The position numbers and the translations under genes were made by a program. A stretch of 64,000 nt of DNA, taken from the NCBI GenBank assembly GCA_027623815.1, contig JAQBUV010000004.1:12164-76163 (forward strand), in the 5' to 3' direction. The stretch comes from Chloroflexota bacterium. GTDB taxonomy: Bacteria; Chloroflexota; Dehalococcoidia; Lucifugimonadales; UBA3495. The notes under the pieces were generated by a model. The model was not told the DNA's origin, searched no databases, and worked only from the letters and a program-made list of their open reading frames with translations. Below, piece after piece: positions 8,573 to 18,399 of the stretch (its first letter is position 1; each line of letters opens with the position of its first letter).

Positions 8573-9439
8573 TCAAATCCGCTTTGCCGCCGAAAGAAAT
8601 TCTTGGGCCGCAGCGTAGTCGCGGGCGCCGCCTCTACGGATGGGCGGCACCAGGTAGATGTTGTGCAACCGAGCTTCCTGGAACTTGGCGTGCAGTTCCA
8701 ACGCCATCTCCACGCCGGAGCGTCCCGCCGCCAGTTCTTCCCGCACCGACTGGGGCACCGACGCGAAGATCACCCCATCCGGTTCCAGGATTTGCAGACC
8801 GAAAAACACTGGCACGCCAAGTTGGCCTCCGGAGGCTTCGGTGTAGGCTTCCTGAAATTGGAATGCCTCAGCCGGGTCGAATATAGGCTGAGTTATCAAA
8901 AATTGAGCGCCGGATTCAACCTTGCGGTGGGCCAGCCGCGCTTCTCTGTGGATGCCTCGGCCCAAGTCCACCGTCGCTCCGATGCAGAAGTCCGTAGGAG
9001 CGCCCAGCTTGGCGTCTCTGAAGTCCACTCCACAGTTCATTTGAGCGATGGCGGCAATCAATTCGGTAGGCCGATAATCGTCAACCAATTTAACCAGCGG
9101 TAGATCGCGCTGTGAAAACGGGTCTCCCCGCACTACGATAACGTTGTCCAGCCCTAAAACCTGCGCCCCCAGAAGCTGCGACTGTAGGGCGAGCTTGTTC
9201 ATGTCCCGGGTAGCCAGGGTAAAGACGACATCTTTGCCCACCTGTTGCTTGATGGCGGCGGCCAGCATTGGCGCGTTTACCCTCACTGACCGACCGGGGT
9301 TGTAAGCCACTGAAAGGAAATCGGCGTCGATGTTTGCCTGGTTCAGCAGTTCCGGTTGGCCGGAGCGCGGTGGCGAGAAATCACAGATAATGCAGGTGCG
9401 TCCAGTAGCTTCAAAGCAGCAGTCGGTTATTTTTGGCAT
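8573..9439 (-). CDS. Methylenetetrahydrofolate reductase family protein
   Basis: 288 aa. MetF-like TIM-barrel sequence (FLSVAYNPGRSVRV, VVFTLATRDMNK, NVIVVRGDP). Confidence 0.7.
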   Translation of the reverse strand: MPKITDCCFEATGRTCIICDFSPPRSGQPELLNQANIDADFLSVAYNPGRSVRVNAPMLAAAIKQQVGKDVVFTLATRDMNKLALQSQLLGAQVLGLDNVIVVRGDPFSQRDLPLVKLVDDYRPTELIAAIAQMNCGVDFRDAKLGAPTDFCIGATVDLGRGIHREARLAHRKVESGAQFLITQPIFDPAEAFQFQEAYTEASGGQLGVPVFFGLQILEPDGVIFASVPQSVREELAAGRSGVEMALELHAKFQEARLHNIYLVPPIRRGGARDYAAAQEFLSAAKRI

Positions 9440-9457
9440 GGTAATGCGTCTATCCGG

Positions 9458-10000
9458 CTATGGCTGCTTGGCCTGAGCAAGTCGTTGTCTTTCCTCACGG
9501 CGACCTCGCTGGTCTTCGCCGCCGCGGTCCTCTCCTCCAAATGTAGCGCGGAGTCCCTGAATTAGCAGTTCCTTTTCTCCGCGGGAAAGATCGGCTTCAG
9601 GGTGAGGCAGAACATAGAAACAGGGAGGCATCTCCCCGTCAATCACCGTTTCCGCAGCGTCATCAGCTTCTCCCTGCGACTGATCCCAGCGGGAGAAATT
9701 CAACTCGTCCCGGCCTTCGTCCACGTCTCGCTGCACCAGCCAGGAAATTGGAGCTATGTTGGAGTACCAGGGCCACTTGGTTTCGTTACTGTGGCAGTCG
9801 TAACAGGCCCGAACCGCCAGCTCACGAGTCTGATTATTTGCCCAGGCGGGTTCTTGACGAACTGGAGGATTTGAGTGGTCTCGGCCGTAGGGAACGACTT
9901 GAATCGCCAAGAACGCAATCACGATCAGCCCGAAGAATCCCAGACCGCCCATTATTGCCAATCGCTTCGGGACAGTTGGGCGGCGAAAAAATCGGTACAC
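9458..10000 (-). CDS. Membrane-anchored haem-binding domain protein
   Basis: 180 aa. N-terminal TM helix. CYDCH haem-attachment motif followed by WPWYSNIAPISWLVQRDVDEGR, as in the Haem_bd domain. Confidence 0.75.
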   Translation of the reverse strand: MYRFFRRPTVPKRLAIMGGLGFFGLIVIAFLAIQVVPYGRDHSNPPVRQEPAWANNQTRELAVRACYDCHSNETKWPWYSNIAPISWLVQRDVDEGRDELNFSRWDQSQGEADDAAETVIDGEMPPCFYVLPHPEADLSRGEKELLIQGLRATFGGEDRGGEDQRGRREERQRLAQAKQP

Positions 10001-10013
10001 GCTCAGTCAGTCC

Positions 10014-10766
10014 CTAGCTATCCAATTGGTTCAGGTACTCCCTGAAAGTGTTCAATCCCTTCTGCTCAGAAAGGCCCATAAAGTAGCGCACGCCCTGGAG
10101 ATGGTTCACCACGTCGCGAGGCAGCATCAGCAGTTCGTCTTTCGGCTCGTTCAGGTGATACAGCGCGTCCACTCCGTCTTCCAAGCCCACATAGAGGGTA
10201 TCCTCCAGCAAGGCCAACTCTTTAGAGTCCATATCCTTGCGGGCGATCCAGCGGGCGAAGACAAAAGGCAACCCAGTCCAAGAATTCCACTCTTGACCTA
10301 AATCGTAACGGTGCGGAAACCCCCGTGCGCCCCGGCGCTGACGCAAGGCTCGATTGCCGATGATCAGGAAAGCGTCGTATTCCTGGGGTTGCAACGGCAC
10401 GTACTCACCGGGCGAGATACCGTACTTGAGCTTGAGCAGCACCTCAAGGAGTTTTGGCGCGGTGGCGGCTTCATCGGTTACGCCGATGCGGGCACCGGAT
10501 AGCTCTTCGATGGGTTTGGTCGAATATAAGAAGACGCTCCCGGAGCTATCGTTGCAGGCGATGCAGAATCCGACTATCGGGTTGAACCGATCCTCCAGTC
10601 TAAAGGCATCAACTACTGGCACCAGGCCAGCGTCAATCTCGCCAGATTCGGCGGCGGCGGCCATTTTGCTGGGCATGAAATCCCGTAGTTCTATCCCGCG
10701 GCGGGGCATGTCAAAGTAAAATGGTTCGGTGTGTAAATAGGGAACCCGTCCGACTGTGATTGGCAT
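10014..10766 (-). CDS. Menaquinone (futalosine pathway) MqnA/MqnD-family protein
   Basis: 250 aa. Periplasmic-binding-protein-like fold sequence (VGRVPYLHTEPFYFDM, GEIDAGLVPVVD, FVFARWIARKD) typical of the VitK2_biosynth family. Confidence 0.65.
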   Translation of the reverse strand: MPITVGRVPYLHTEPFYFDMPRRGIELRDFMPSKMAAAAESGEIDAGLVPVVDAFRLEDRFNPIVGFCIACNDSSGSVFLYSTKPIEELSGARIGVTDEAATAPKLLEVLLKLKYGISPGEYVPLQPQEYDAFLIIGNRALRQRRGARGFPHRYDLGQEWNSWTGLPFVFARWIARKDMDSKELALLEDTLYVGLEDGVDALYHLNEPKDELLMLPRDVVNHLQGVRYFMGLSEQKGLNTFREYLNQLDS

Positions 10767-10974
10767 TAATAGTACCGTCTAGTGCGCAAATTCTTCATGA
10801 GACCGACTCTCCGGTCTGCCCTTGGCCCAACGATTGTAGGTTTAAGCCAGTTCTGCGTCAAGCCAGGATTGACGGGTGACCCTGATACGTAGACCGGGTT
10901 CAGGCTAGCCATTGTCTCTGTTGCCAGGCTAGGGTATCTTGGGTAACACCAATCCAAATGGGGATGTGAGGCTC

Positions 10975-11895
10975 ATGCGAATTGCAATAATGGGAGCGGG
11001 CAGCATTGGCGGCTACTTTGGCGGCATGCTGGCCCGTGGCGGCAACCAGGTGACGATGATTGCGCGCGGGCCGCACCTGATGGCGATCAAGAACCGGGGC
11101 CTCAGGATTGTCTCTGACCAGGGCGAGTTTGTCGCCTTCTGTGACGCCACCGACGACCCGGCCCAGGTTGGTGTCGTTGATCTGATTTTGCTGACGGTGA
11201 AGACCTACCACAACCCCCAGGCGATCCCCGCAATGCTGCCGATGATCGGTGAAGACACCGTGGTCTTGTGTTTGCAAAATGGCATCGATAGTTATCAGGC
11301 CGCTGCCGAAGTGGTGGGCGCCGAGAAAGTGCTGCCCGGGGCGGCCTATATTGAGGCGGGTTTGCCGGAACCCGGCGTGGTCACCCAGAGTGGCCCAGTA
11401 GTCCGAATTGAATTTGGCGAGCCGGACGGCGGCGATTCTGAGCGAGGTCAACGGATATTAAAGACCCTGGAACATGCTGGTATTCCCGCTCGGTTTAACC
11501 TGGATATTCACCAGGCTTTGTGGAGTAAGTTCCTGTTCATTGCGACGATGGCTGGTGTGACCACCCTATCCCGTGAAACCATGGCCCAACTGATGCCGCA
11601 CCCAGAATGGCGTCAAGTAATTGTTGGCTGCATGCGAGAGATAGCGGCGGTTGGACAGGGCGCGGGCATTCAGCTAGCACCGGATATTGTTGACCTGACT
11701 ATCGCCTACGTTGAAGGCTCTCTGGAGCAATTGCGGGCGTCGATGCATTCCGACATATTGGCGGGACGCCCTCTGGAGTTGGAAGCCTTGAACGGGGCGG
11801 TTATCCGCGCTGGTCTCAAAGTCAATGTCCCGACCCCGATCAACGATGTCATCTACGCCATGCTGAAGCCATTTGCCGCAGGCCAATCCAGCTAG
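10975..11895 (+). CDS. panE: 2-dehydropantoate 2-reductase (ketopantoate reductase family)
   Basis: MRIAIMGAGSIGGYFGG Rossmann N-terminus plus an ApbA C-terminal domain. ATG 10975 is preferred over the ORF-track start 10939, which adds 12 non-homologous residues. Confidence 0.8.
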   Translation: MRIAIMGAGSIGGYFGGMLARGGNQVTMIARGPHLMAIKNRGLRIVSDQGEFVAFCDATDDPAQVGVVDLILLTVKTYHNPQAIPAMLPMIGEDTVVLCLQNGIDSYQAAAEVVGAEKVLPGAAYIEAGLPEPGVVTQSGPVVRIEFGEPDGGDSERGQRILKTLEHAGIPARFNLDIHQALWSKFLFIATMAGVTTLSRETMAQLMPHPEWRQVIVGCMREIAAVGQGAGIQLAPDIVDLTIAYVEGSLEQLRASMHSDILAGRPLELEALNGAVIRAGLKVNVPTPINDVIYAMLKPFAAGQSS

Positions 11896-12027
11896 AGCAA
11901 CACCAAAGTCAAACTTGGTCATGACAAAACCCAACGCCCACAGAGTCTGCTTGCAGTCCAAATTGCGCTGCATTACACTTGTGCCGCTTGGTGAACCGGC
12001 GTATCAAACTTGGAGGATAGCAGATTA

Positions 12028-12429
12028 ATGTCTACTGATATGGAACGGGAACTGGAGAGAACCACGGCCCTGCGGGGCTTTCGCTACGGCCTGCATGACT
12101 TTGTCGCTCAGGTCAATGGCCCGGAAGCCCTCAAGAAGCACAACGACAATACCGAGGCCAACTATCTTAAAGAGGGGCTGATTGACCGCAAGACCAAGGA
12201 GTTGCTAATTGTGGTGGCCTGCGTCGCCAGCGGAGATTTGGTGTCCCACATGCAACTGCACATGCACGCCGCGCACAAAGCCGGGGCCAGCCCTGAGGAG
12301 ATCATGGCGGTGTTGGACCTGGTGGGTGGCTGGATTGGCAACGTGGCCAAGATCAAGGGGCTGGAAGCCTGGCGCGCCACCTTCCGTCCCGATATTCCCA
12401 CCATTGATCGCGTGGTAGAACTGCGGTAG
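12028..12429 (+). CDS. Carboxymuconolactone decarboxylase (AhpD-like) family protein
   Basis: CMD-like helices (ELLIVVACVASGD, PEEIMAVLDLV). GGAGGA at 12012-12017 favours the ATG at 12028. Confidence 0.75.
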   Translation: MSTDMERELERTTALRGFRYGLHDFVAQVNGPEALKKHNDNTEANYLKEGLIDRKTKELLIVVACVASGDLVSHMQLHMHAAHKAGASPEEIMAVLDLVGGWIGNVAKIKGLEAWRATFRPDIPTIDRVVELR

Positions 12430-12439
12430 CGGAGCAGGG

Positions 12440-13246
12440 CTAAAGAGCGTAGGCGGAGAACATATCTCTGGCGCGCAATTTGTCGTCCAACGAGCCGAAG
12501 GCCATGGTGTAGAACTTACTGTATCCAGAGGACTCCAGGCGGCGGAAAGTCGCGGCGAAGTCAATGTTGCCGTCGCCGGGGTTCAGGTGGACTTCCTTGT
12601 CGCCCAGGTTGTCGGCCAAGCGGACTTCACCGATACGCTCCACACCAAAAGCGTCCAGGAATCCGTCAATTCCTTCTGGAACCAGGTTGGCGTGGTTGAC
12701 GGTGAAGGCCCAGCCCAGAGACTCTGACCGTATCGCATCCAAATAATACCGGCATTCCGGGACATTGTGGGCCAAGTAGTGAATTTCAGCGTCGTTCGGC
12801 TCAAAGTTCAGATTTTCCAAAAGCAGAACCGCGCCCACGCTCTCGGCATATTCGACGAGTCGCTTGAGCCGCTCCAAAGACTTAGCCATGCGGTCGGCCA
12901 CTGCGTCGCTGAAGTGGTAGCCGCCGTGAACCACCACCCCCTCGCAGCCCAGCTGCGTGGCGAGGTTGACATTCTCCCGCAGGTATCGGTCAACAGCCTC
13001 ATCAACGAAGGGCGAAGTCTCGGCTACGTTGACCGATGAAGCAGTGTGGAGGGAAAGGTGAATGTCATATTGTTGAAATAACGCTTGAACTGTTTCCGCC
13101 CGGTCGCTGCTCCAGTTGTCCAGTCGATTGGCTCCGGTATCGGCATTGAAGTTCAGATAGTGAAACTGGTGGGAAGCCGCTATCTGTAGTGCTTCTTCCA
13201 ACGGCAGGGCACCGGCATCGTATCCAATTCGGTCTTTCAAGTTCAT
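12440..13246 (-). CDS. Sugar phosphate isomerase/epimerase (xylose isomerase-like TIM barrel)
   Basis: 268 aa. AP_endonuc_2-type pattern (GCEGVVVHGG, LLLENLNFEP, RLADN..DKEVHL.PGDGNIDF). Confidence 0.8.
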   Translation of the reverse strand: MNLKDRIGYDAGALPLEEALQIAASHQFHYLNFNADTGANRLDNWSSDRAETVQALFQQYDIHLSLHTASSVNVAETSPFVDEAVDRYLRENVNLATQLGCEGVVVHGGYHFSDAVADRMAKSLERLKRLVEYAESVGAVLLLENLNFEPNDAEIHYLAHNVPECRYYLDAIRSESLGWAFTVNHANLVPEGIDGFLDAFGVERIGEVRLADNLGDKEVHLNPGDGNIDFAATFRRLESSGYSKFYTMAFGSLDDKLRARDMFSAYAL

Positions 13247-13274
13247 CGTTTGGTGCCTCGTCGGTTAGTCTGAG

Positions 13275-14003
13275 TTACTCTGAAATGCTTTGCTGGTCGG
13301 GTGGTGCGGCCCTCAGTGTCTCTGGAATCCACCTCTCCAGGAGGCTCTCCAGTTCATCCCCGCATTCTTCCAGCCGGTGCTCCGCACCGTCGAATAGCAC
13401 CAACTCTTTGGGTTCTTTGGCCCAATTGTGAACCTCAACGCCGCAAGAATAGGGAAGTCGAGTGTCGCTCTTACCGTGTACCACCAGCAGCGGTTTGGGC
13501 GATAGCAGCACGGCGATGTTGGCGCCATAGGTTTGCGGTGACAGTGATACTACGCCACGGACGTGATTGCTAGACGCTCCGGCTGCGATGACCACCGCGC
13601 CACCGAAGGAATGGCCGACCAAAACTACCGGTTCATATCCGGTGCTTTGGAAGAAAGTTATACCCGCCAGCAAGTCCAGTACGCACTCCGGAAACACGTT
13701 GGGCTGCCGGTAACTCAAGCGCAGGGATGTTATTCCTTGCGCCGCAAACGACTCGGATAGTCGGGAATATGCGCCTTTGGCCGGGCCGCCGAACCCGCCA
13801 CGTGCGCCGCAGACCCAGATGACGCCCAGCTTGGAATCGCGAGCGGCGTGCAGGATGGCGGGCAGATCTCCCCGGCTGGTGCGGAACGTGAGACCCCGGC
13901 CAACATCGCCCTCATGGGGCGGGCCGCCCAAGACCTCATGGATCTGCATTTTGGGGCCTTGCATTGAGTCAGACCGGCCTGACTGATTTGGTTGCTGGGT
14001 CAT
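13275..14003 (-). CDS. Alpha/beta hydrolase (dienelactone hydrolase-like)
   Basis: 242 aa. Nucleophile elbow GHSFGG and a late HG.SD / H motif. Confidence 0.75.
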   Translation of the reverse strand: MTQQPNQSGRSDSMQGPKMQIHEVLGGPPHEGDVGRGLTFRTSRGDLPAILHAARDSKLGVIWVCGARGGFGGPAKGAYSRLSESFAAQGITSLRLSYRQPNVFPECVLDLLAGITFFQSTGYEPVVLVGHSFGGAVVIAAGASSNHVRGVVSLSPQTYGANIAVLLSPKPLLVVHGKSDTRLPYSCGVEVHNWAKEPKELVLFDGAEHRLEECGDELESLLERWIPETLRAAPPDQQSISE

Positions 14004-14114
14004 AAAATTGCCCCCCTGGCTTCGGGATTTATTAGCCGCATACCCGGGATGTCAATGGCGATGGCGCTGTGCGGTAGTCCTATTGGCGACTTGAACGCCA
14101 CCTTTGGGACTAGG

Positions 14115-14846
14115 TTACCGGCGATCTCCAACTTTACGCCACTCGCCGGGCTTCAGGTTGTCCAGCCGGACGTTGCCAACGCGAGTGCGGATTAACCTGG
14201 CCACCTGGTAACCACGTTCCTCGGCCATGCGACGTAGTTGGCGGTTCCATCCCTGGTGAACTACTAACTCAATCTCATCCGGGCCGATTTGTTTCAAGCG
14301 GTCGGCCCTGGCTATCCCCTCGGCCAGAGGCACACCTTGTACAAATGCGTTTAATAATTGGCGGTCTACCGGCGTCGTGAATATGATGCGATATTCTTTT
14401 TCATTCTCATATTTGGGGTGGGTAGATTCAAAAATGAACCGGCCGTCATTGCTTAACAGGAGCAAGCCTTCACTGTCGTAGTCCAACCTGCCCGCAGGTT
14501 TCAAATGTTGCAGTTCTCCAGGAAGAAGACTCATCACTGTTTTTCTGCCTTCGGGATCAGACCGAGTGGTCAGATAGGTCCGGGGCTTGTACAGCGCGAT
14601 GGTGATCTTGTCGGGGACTTGCGCTGCGACCAATTCTCCATCCACGGCTAGTTGGTCAATAGCCGGATCAATCCGCTGTCCCAGGACTGCCACACCACCG
14701 TTAATCCGCACCTTTTGCTCGCGTATGACACGGTCAGCTTCGCGCCGGGAAATTCCCAACTGTTGTGCAAGGTAGGTGTTGATTCTAACTGAGAAATCGC
14801 TGGAGATAGGATTCCTAGATGGAGGATTGCTCGGTGATTGAGACAA
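14115..14846 (-). CDS. Pseudouridine synthase, RsuA/RluB family, with S4 domain
   Basis: 243 aa. S4 domain (RINTYLAQQLGISRREADRVIREQKVRING) and catalytic GRLDYDSEGLLLLSNDG. Confidence 0.88.
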   Translation of the reverse strand: MSQSPSNPPSRNPISSDFSVRINTYLAQQLGISRREADRVIREQKVRINGGVAVLGQRIDPAIDQLAVDGELVAAQVPDKITIALYKPRTYLTTRSDPEGRKTVMSLLPGELQHLKPAGRLDYDSEGLLLLSNDGRFIFESTHPKYENEKEYRIIFTTPVDRQLLNAFVQGVPLAEGIARADRLKQIGPDEIELVVHQGWNRQLRRMAEERGYQVARLIRTRVGNVRLDNLKPGEWRKVGDRR

Positions 14847-15373
14847 AATCTAAAGCCTATTCAAGAGTCATATTACCAACACCAAGCTTACGCTGGAGCA
14901 GCCTGATTAGTCAAAGTGATAACTTGAGGGAGTGAAAATTGTGACCGGAATTCGCCTGTTTTAGCGGGGGTTAGCCTATGTGGCACTTGGTCGAGGGAAG
15001 GTTCGATGTCGTTGGGCTAAGTGCGACTCCGATGAAGTTTTGCTCCCCGACTTAGGTATGACGGTAAGACTTGAGCGTGTGACTCGCATGAGTATGATGG
15101 CAATCTTCGTGAAAGAATTGTGCAGGATGGTTCGGACTGTTTTATGCAGATTGCCGATTTTCCCCGCAAACACTTAAGCAAGCCACATTCTGACAAGACC
15201 ATCAGACGCCGTTGATCGGACAAACCGAGTCTCCCCAACTGCCGCAATTTATGTCTTGTTCACACACCGGACCATCAGCGTCACGCTTTCTGCATGGCGG
15301 GATGATAGTTTGAAACTTGGCAAGCAGGAAGGCTAGGGAACTCATTGCAGAGTCATACGGGAGGCGATTAATC

Positions 15374-16297
15374 GTGTACGAACAAGTTCTGGTACCCATC
15401 GACGGCTCCAAAATAGCGGAGCAGGCAATTCCGTACGCCAAAATGCTGCAATAGAAGCTGGGGTCTCGAATCGAGTTGGTTCGAGTTATTGAGGAACCCC
15501 ATCCGGAACCATCTAACCCGTCCTATACATCCTATCTGGAGCACATGACAACTACGTTGCAGTCGGAAACGGCCAAGTATTTGCAGGAGTTGGCGGAGTC
15601 GTTACGCGCGGAAGGCGTGGCGGTATCCTGGAACGTGAAACTGGGAAATCCGGCTACGGTTATCGGAGAACTGGCCGACTCAAAGCCATCTACGCTAATT
15701 GCAATGTGCAGCCACGGGCGTTCGGGCCAATCGCGTTGGTGGTTGGGCAGCACGACCGACAAGGTGATCCACGCCGCCGCCAGTGCGGTTCTGGTGGTGC
15801 GCACCCAGTCACAGCACCTCCAATCCATCGGCGGTTCGGGCTTCAAGAGTTGCATCGCGCCGCTGGACGGGTCGGTGCGGGCTGAGCAGGTTTTGCCGCA
15901 CGTTGTGGCCTGGGCCAAGGCGTTTTCTTTGAGGGTAAACTTGATCCGGGTCATACCGGAGCTAGATTCCCACACACTGGAGTTGTTCCCGGAAGCGTCC
16001 AGTGATGACCGAGTCAGCCAGGCCAATGAATATCTTGATGCGGTCAAGGTCAGGTTGTTGGAGCAGGGTATCCCTGATGTTGAAGTAACTGTAGAGCGCG
16101 GCCACCCAGCCAACGTTCTGGTAGACTTGGCGCATAATTCATCGGAGAGTCTGATGATTATGGGCACACAGGGGCTGGGCAGTTCCGGTGTCTATCGGTG
16201 GACTATGGGCAGCGTCTCCCAGCGGGTGGCGGGTAATTCACCGACGCCGGTGCTGGTGGTTAGGACCCAAGAGGAAGACCCTGCCGACTTGGACTAA
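15374..16297 (+). pseudogene. Tandem-domain universal stress protein interrupted by an in-frame TAG (15452-15454)
   Basis: GTG 15374 with GGGAGG at 15358-15363. Its first 26 codons (VYEQVLVPIDGSKIAEQAIPYAKMLQ) are the canonical Usp beta1-alpha1. After the TAG the same frame continues KLGSRIELVRVIEEP into the 273-aa tracked ORF (15476..16297), which contains two Usp domains. Confidence 0.7.
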
Positions 16298-16473
16298 GGG
16301 TATTTACCACCTAAGTCACTCCAGACCAGGGCCGCAACCCTACAGGTCAGGTGAACATATGCTTACGCCGGTTTCGCAGTCGGTCAAGGCCCTAGGATTT
16401 TGGTCAGCGGTGCTCGCCACCGTGTTGCGCATCACCAAACTAGTGCCCTCAAAATTTTTAACGGTGACCGGCG

Positions 16474-17946
16474 ATGATACCTACGTCCCCTAATCCAGGC
16501 ACTCAATCCGCACCAGCGGACTGGCACTCCATCAATATTGATGATGCGGTTGCGCGCTTAGACTCGCATCTTGGAAACGGTCTAAGTTCCGGGGAGGCCG
16601 CCCAGCGTTTGCAGGCCCACGGTCCCAATACCCTACAGGCAGTCAAATCCACCGCCTGGTACACCGTGTTAGTCCGCCAGTTCACCGACGTGCTGATCTT
16701 CATCCTGATGGTGGCGGCGGTAATATCGCTGGCGGTTGGCGAGGTTACCGACGCCATCGTGATTGCAATAATTCTGGTTCTGAACGGTGTGCTGGGATTC
16801 GTTCAGGAGTGGAAAGCTGAACAGGCCATCGCTGCATTGCAACGCATGCTCGCGCCCCAAGCGGCGGTGCTGCGGGATGGCCTCGAACAGAATGTCGAAG
16901 CGTCGGGATTAGTCCCTGGCGATGTTGTCCTGCTGGATGCCGGCGACCGAGTGCCCGCCGACCTGCGTCTGGTTCAAGCGCCCAACCTGAAAGTGGACGA
17001 GTCGTCGCTGACCGGGGAGTCGTTGCCAATGACCAAGACGGTCGCGCCGGTTGCGCCGGAGGCTGTTCTGGCTGAACGCACCTCAATGGTCTGGATGGGC
17101 ACCGAGGTGACCGATGGTCGGGCCAGAGGCGTGGTGGTCGCCACCGGCATGTCCACCGAGTTTGGACGCATAGCCGAGTTGACTCAGACTATTGGGCAGG
17201 AACAGACCCCACTGCAACGGCGTCTCTCGGTGGTCGGCAAACAGTTGGGAATCCTGGCGGTGTCCGTCTCGGCCATTGTGGTTATCCTGGGCGTTCTCAC
17301 CGGAAAGCCGCTGCTGGAGATGTTTTTGACCGGCGTGTCCTTGGCCGTAGCGGTGGTTCCTGAAGGACTACCGGCAGTGGTTACCATAACGTTGGCCTTG
17401 GGAATACGGGCGATGGTGCGGCGCAACGCGCTGCTGCGCCGCCTGCAAGCCGCAGAGACGTTGGGCGCGGCATCAGTCATTTGCACCGACAAGACCGGCA
17501 CTTTGACCCAAAACCAGATGACCCTGCAACGGGTATGGCTGCCTGCCCAGGAGATAACCATCACCGGAGTTGGACACGAGCCTAACGGGTCATTTGAAGT
17601 GGACGGCCAGTCCGTTGCCCCCCGGGCTTACCCAGACCTACTGGCGATACTGGGGACCGGGCTGGTCTGCAACAACGCTAGAATCCACCAGGACGGCGAA
17701 GGCTGGCACCCGGTGGGCGATCCAACCGAGACGGCTCTGGTGGTTGCGGCGTACAAAGCGGGACTGAATACAGAAACGCCCGGCCAGATTGAAAGCGAGA
17801 TTTCCTTCAATTCAAGCCGCAAGCGTATGACCATCATTGAACGGCGGCCAGACTCGCTTACTGCCCACGTCAAGGGCGCGCCCGAGGTGGTCTTGGAACG
17901 CTCAACCAGGATTCTGGATGACTCCACAATCACAGGCACTGCGTAG
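16474..17946 (+). pseudogene. Cation-transporting P-type ATPase, N-terminal half only (truncated)
   Basis: 490 aa with the Cation_ATPase_N region, TGES and the phosphorylation motif CTDKTGTLTQN. It stops inside the nucleotide-binding domain. No continuation is visible in any frame downstream. Full-length homologues are roughly twice this size. Confidence 0.8.
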
Positions 17947-18168
17947 ATAGAGTTGTTGGCGAACCCCCCGGGAATTCCCCTTGGCCTGCGCTGGCCGAAC
18001 ATTGCCTAAGTATCAGTGGCCCGAGCGCGAATCAGAAAATGGCCCGGCTCAAAAGCTTCCCACGGGTACTGCCAGGATCGCCATGAATAGGGAGATTTCA
18101 ATAAGCACCTTACGAGCCGTCACCCCTCGCCACAGTGCCGAGCTAACTCCGCTGTGATCCCGCAACAG

Positions 18169-18265
18169 CTTAGGGCTCATGACGAAATAACTGATGCAAT
18201 CGTTAGCTGTAACCCTATTTGGGAAGTCTCACACGTGAACCATTTATTTCGTCATGATGCCTTAG
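18169..18265. mobile_element. 97-bp MITE-like element (TTAG-flanked, about 18-bp TIRs), copy B
   Basis: CTTAG-GGCTCATGACGAAATAA...TTATTTCGTCATGATGCC-TTAG. Identical by eye over all 97 nt to 35114-35210. Inserted inside an integrase remnant. Confidence 0.75.
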
Positions 18266-18387
18266 TGGTAACGATGGACGTTTACAGCCATGTTGGGCCG
18301 GGCATGCAAGAGTTGGCAGCGATGGCCTCTGAAGATGGCCTGAAGCCCAGGCACAGCATAGAAAAAATGGAGTCTTCTGGACACTGA
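18263..18387 (+). pseudogene. Tyrosine recombinase/integrase C-terminal remnant
   Basis: The translation VVTMDVYSHVGPGMQELAAMA matches the conserved integrase C-terminus (..TT.dvYsHv, with the catalytic Tyr). A degenerate R-H region is visible upstream of the MITE (around 18100-18168). It directly abuts the 3' end of tRNA-Leu. Confidence 0.5.
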
Positions 18388-18399
18388 TGTTATCAAAGC

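Noticed and set aside
14976-15441. Small ORFs (65-79 aa) on both strands in the rsuA-usp spacer
   Set aside because: No SD or start context and no motifs, in a low-GC spacer. It is more likely non-coding remnant DNA of the degraded region next to tRNA-Leu.
15452-15454. Idea that TAG is reassigned or read through genome-wide. It arose from the Usp internal TAG, plus hflX and the polyprenyl-synthase-like gene continuing in frame right after the TAG stops of upstream genes.
   Set aside because: TAG ends many genes here exactly at the expected conserved C-terminus (purF, purM, jag, tpiA, guaA, purE, rpmH, the TPP enzyme). DapL-HflX or TsaC-prenyl-synthase fusions are not biologically plausible. 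Strong SD sequences precede the downstream frames.
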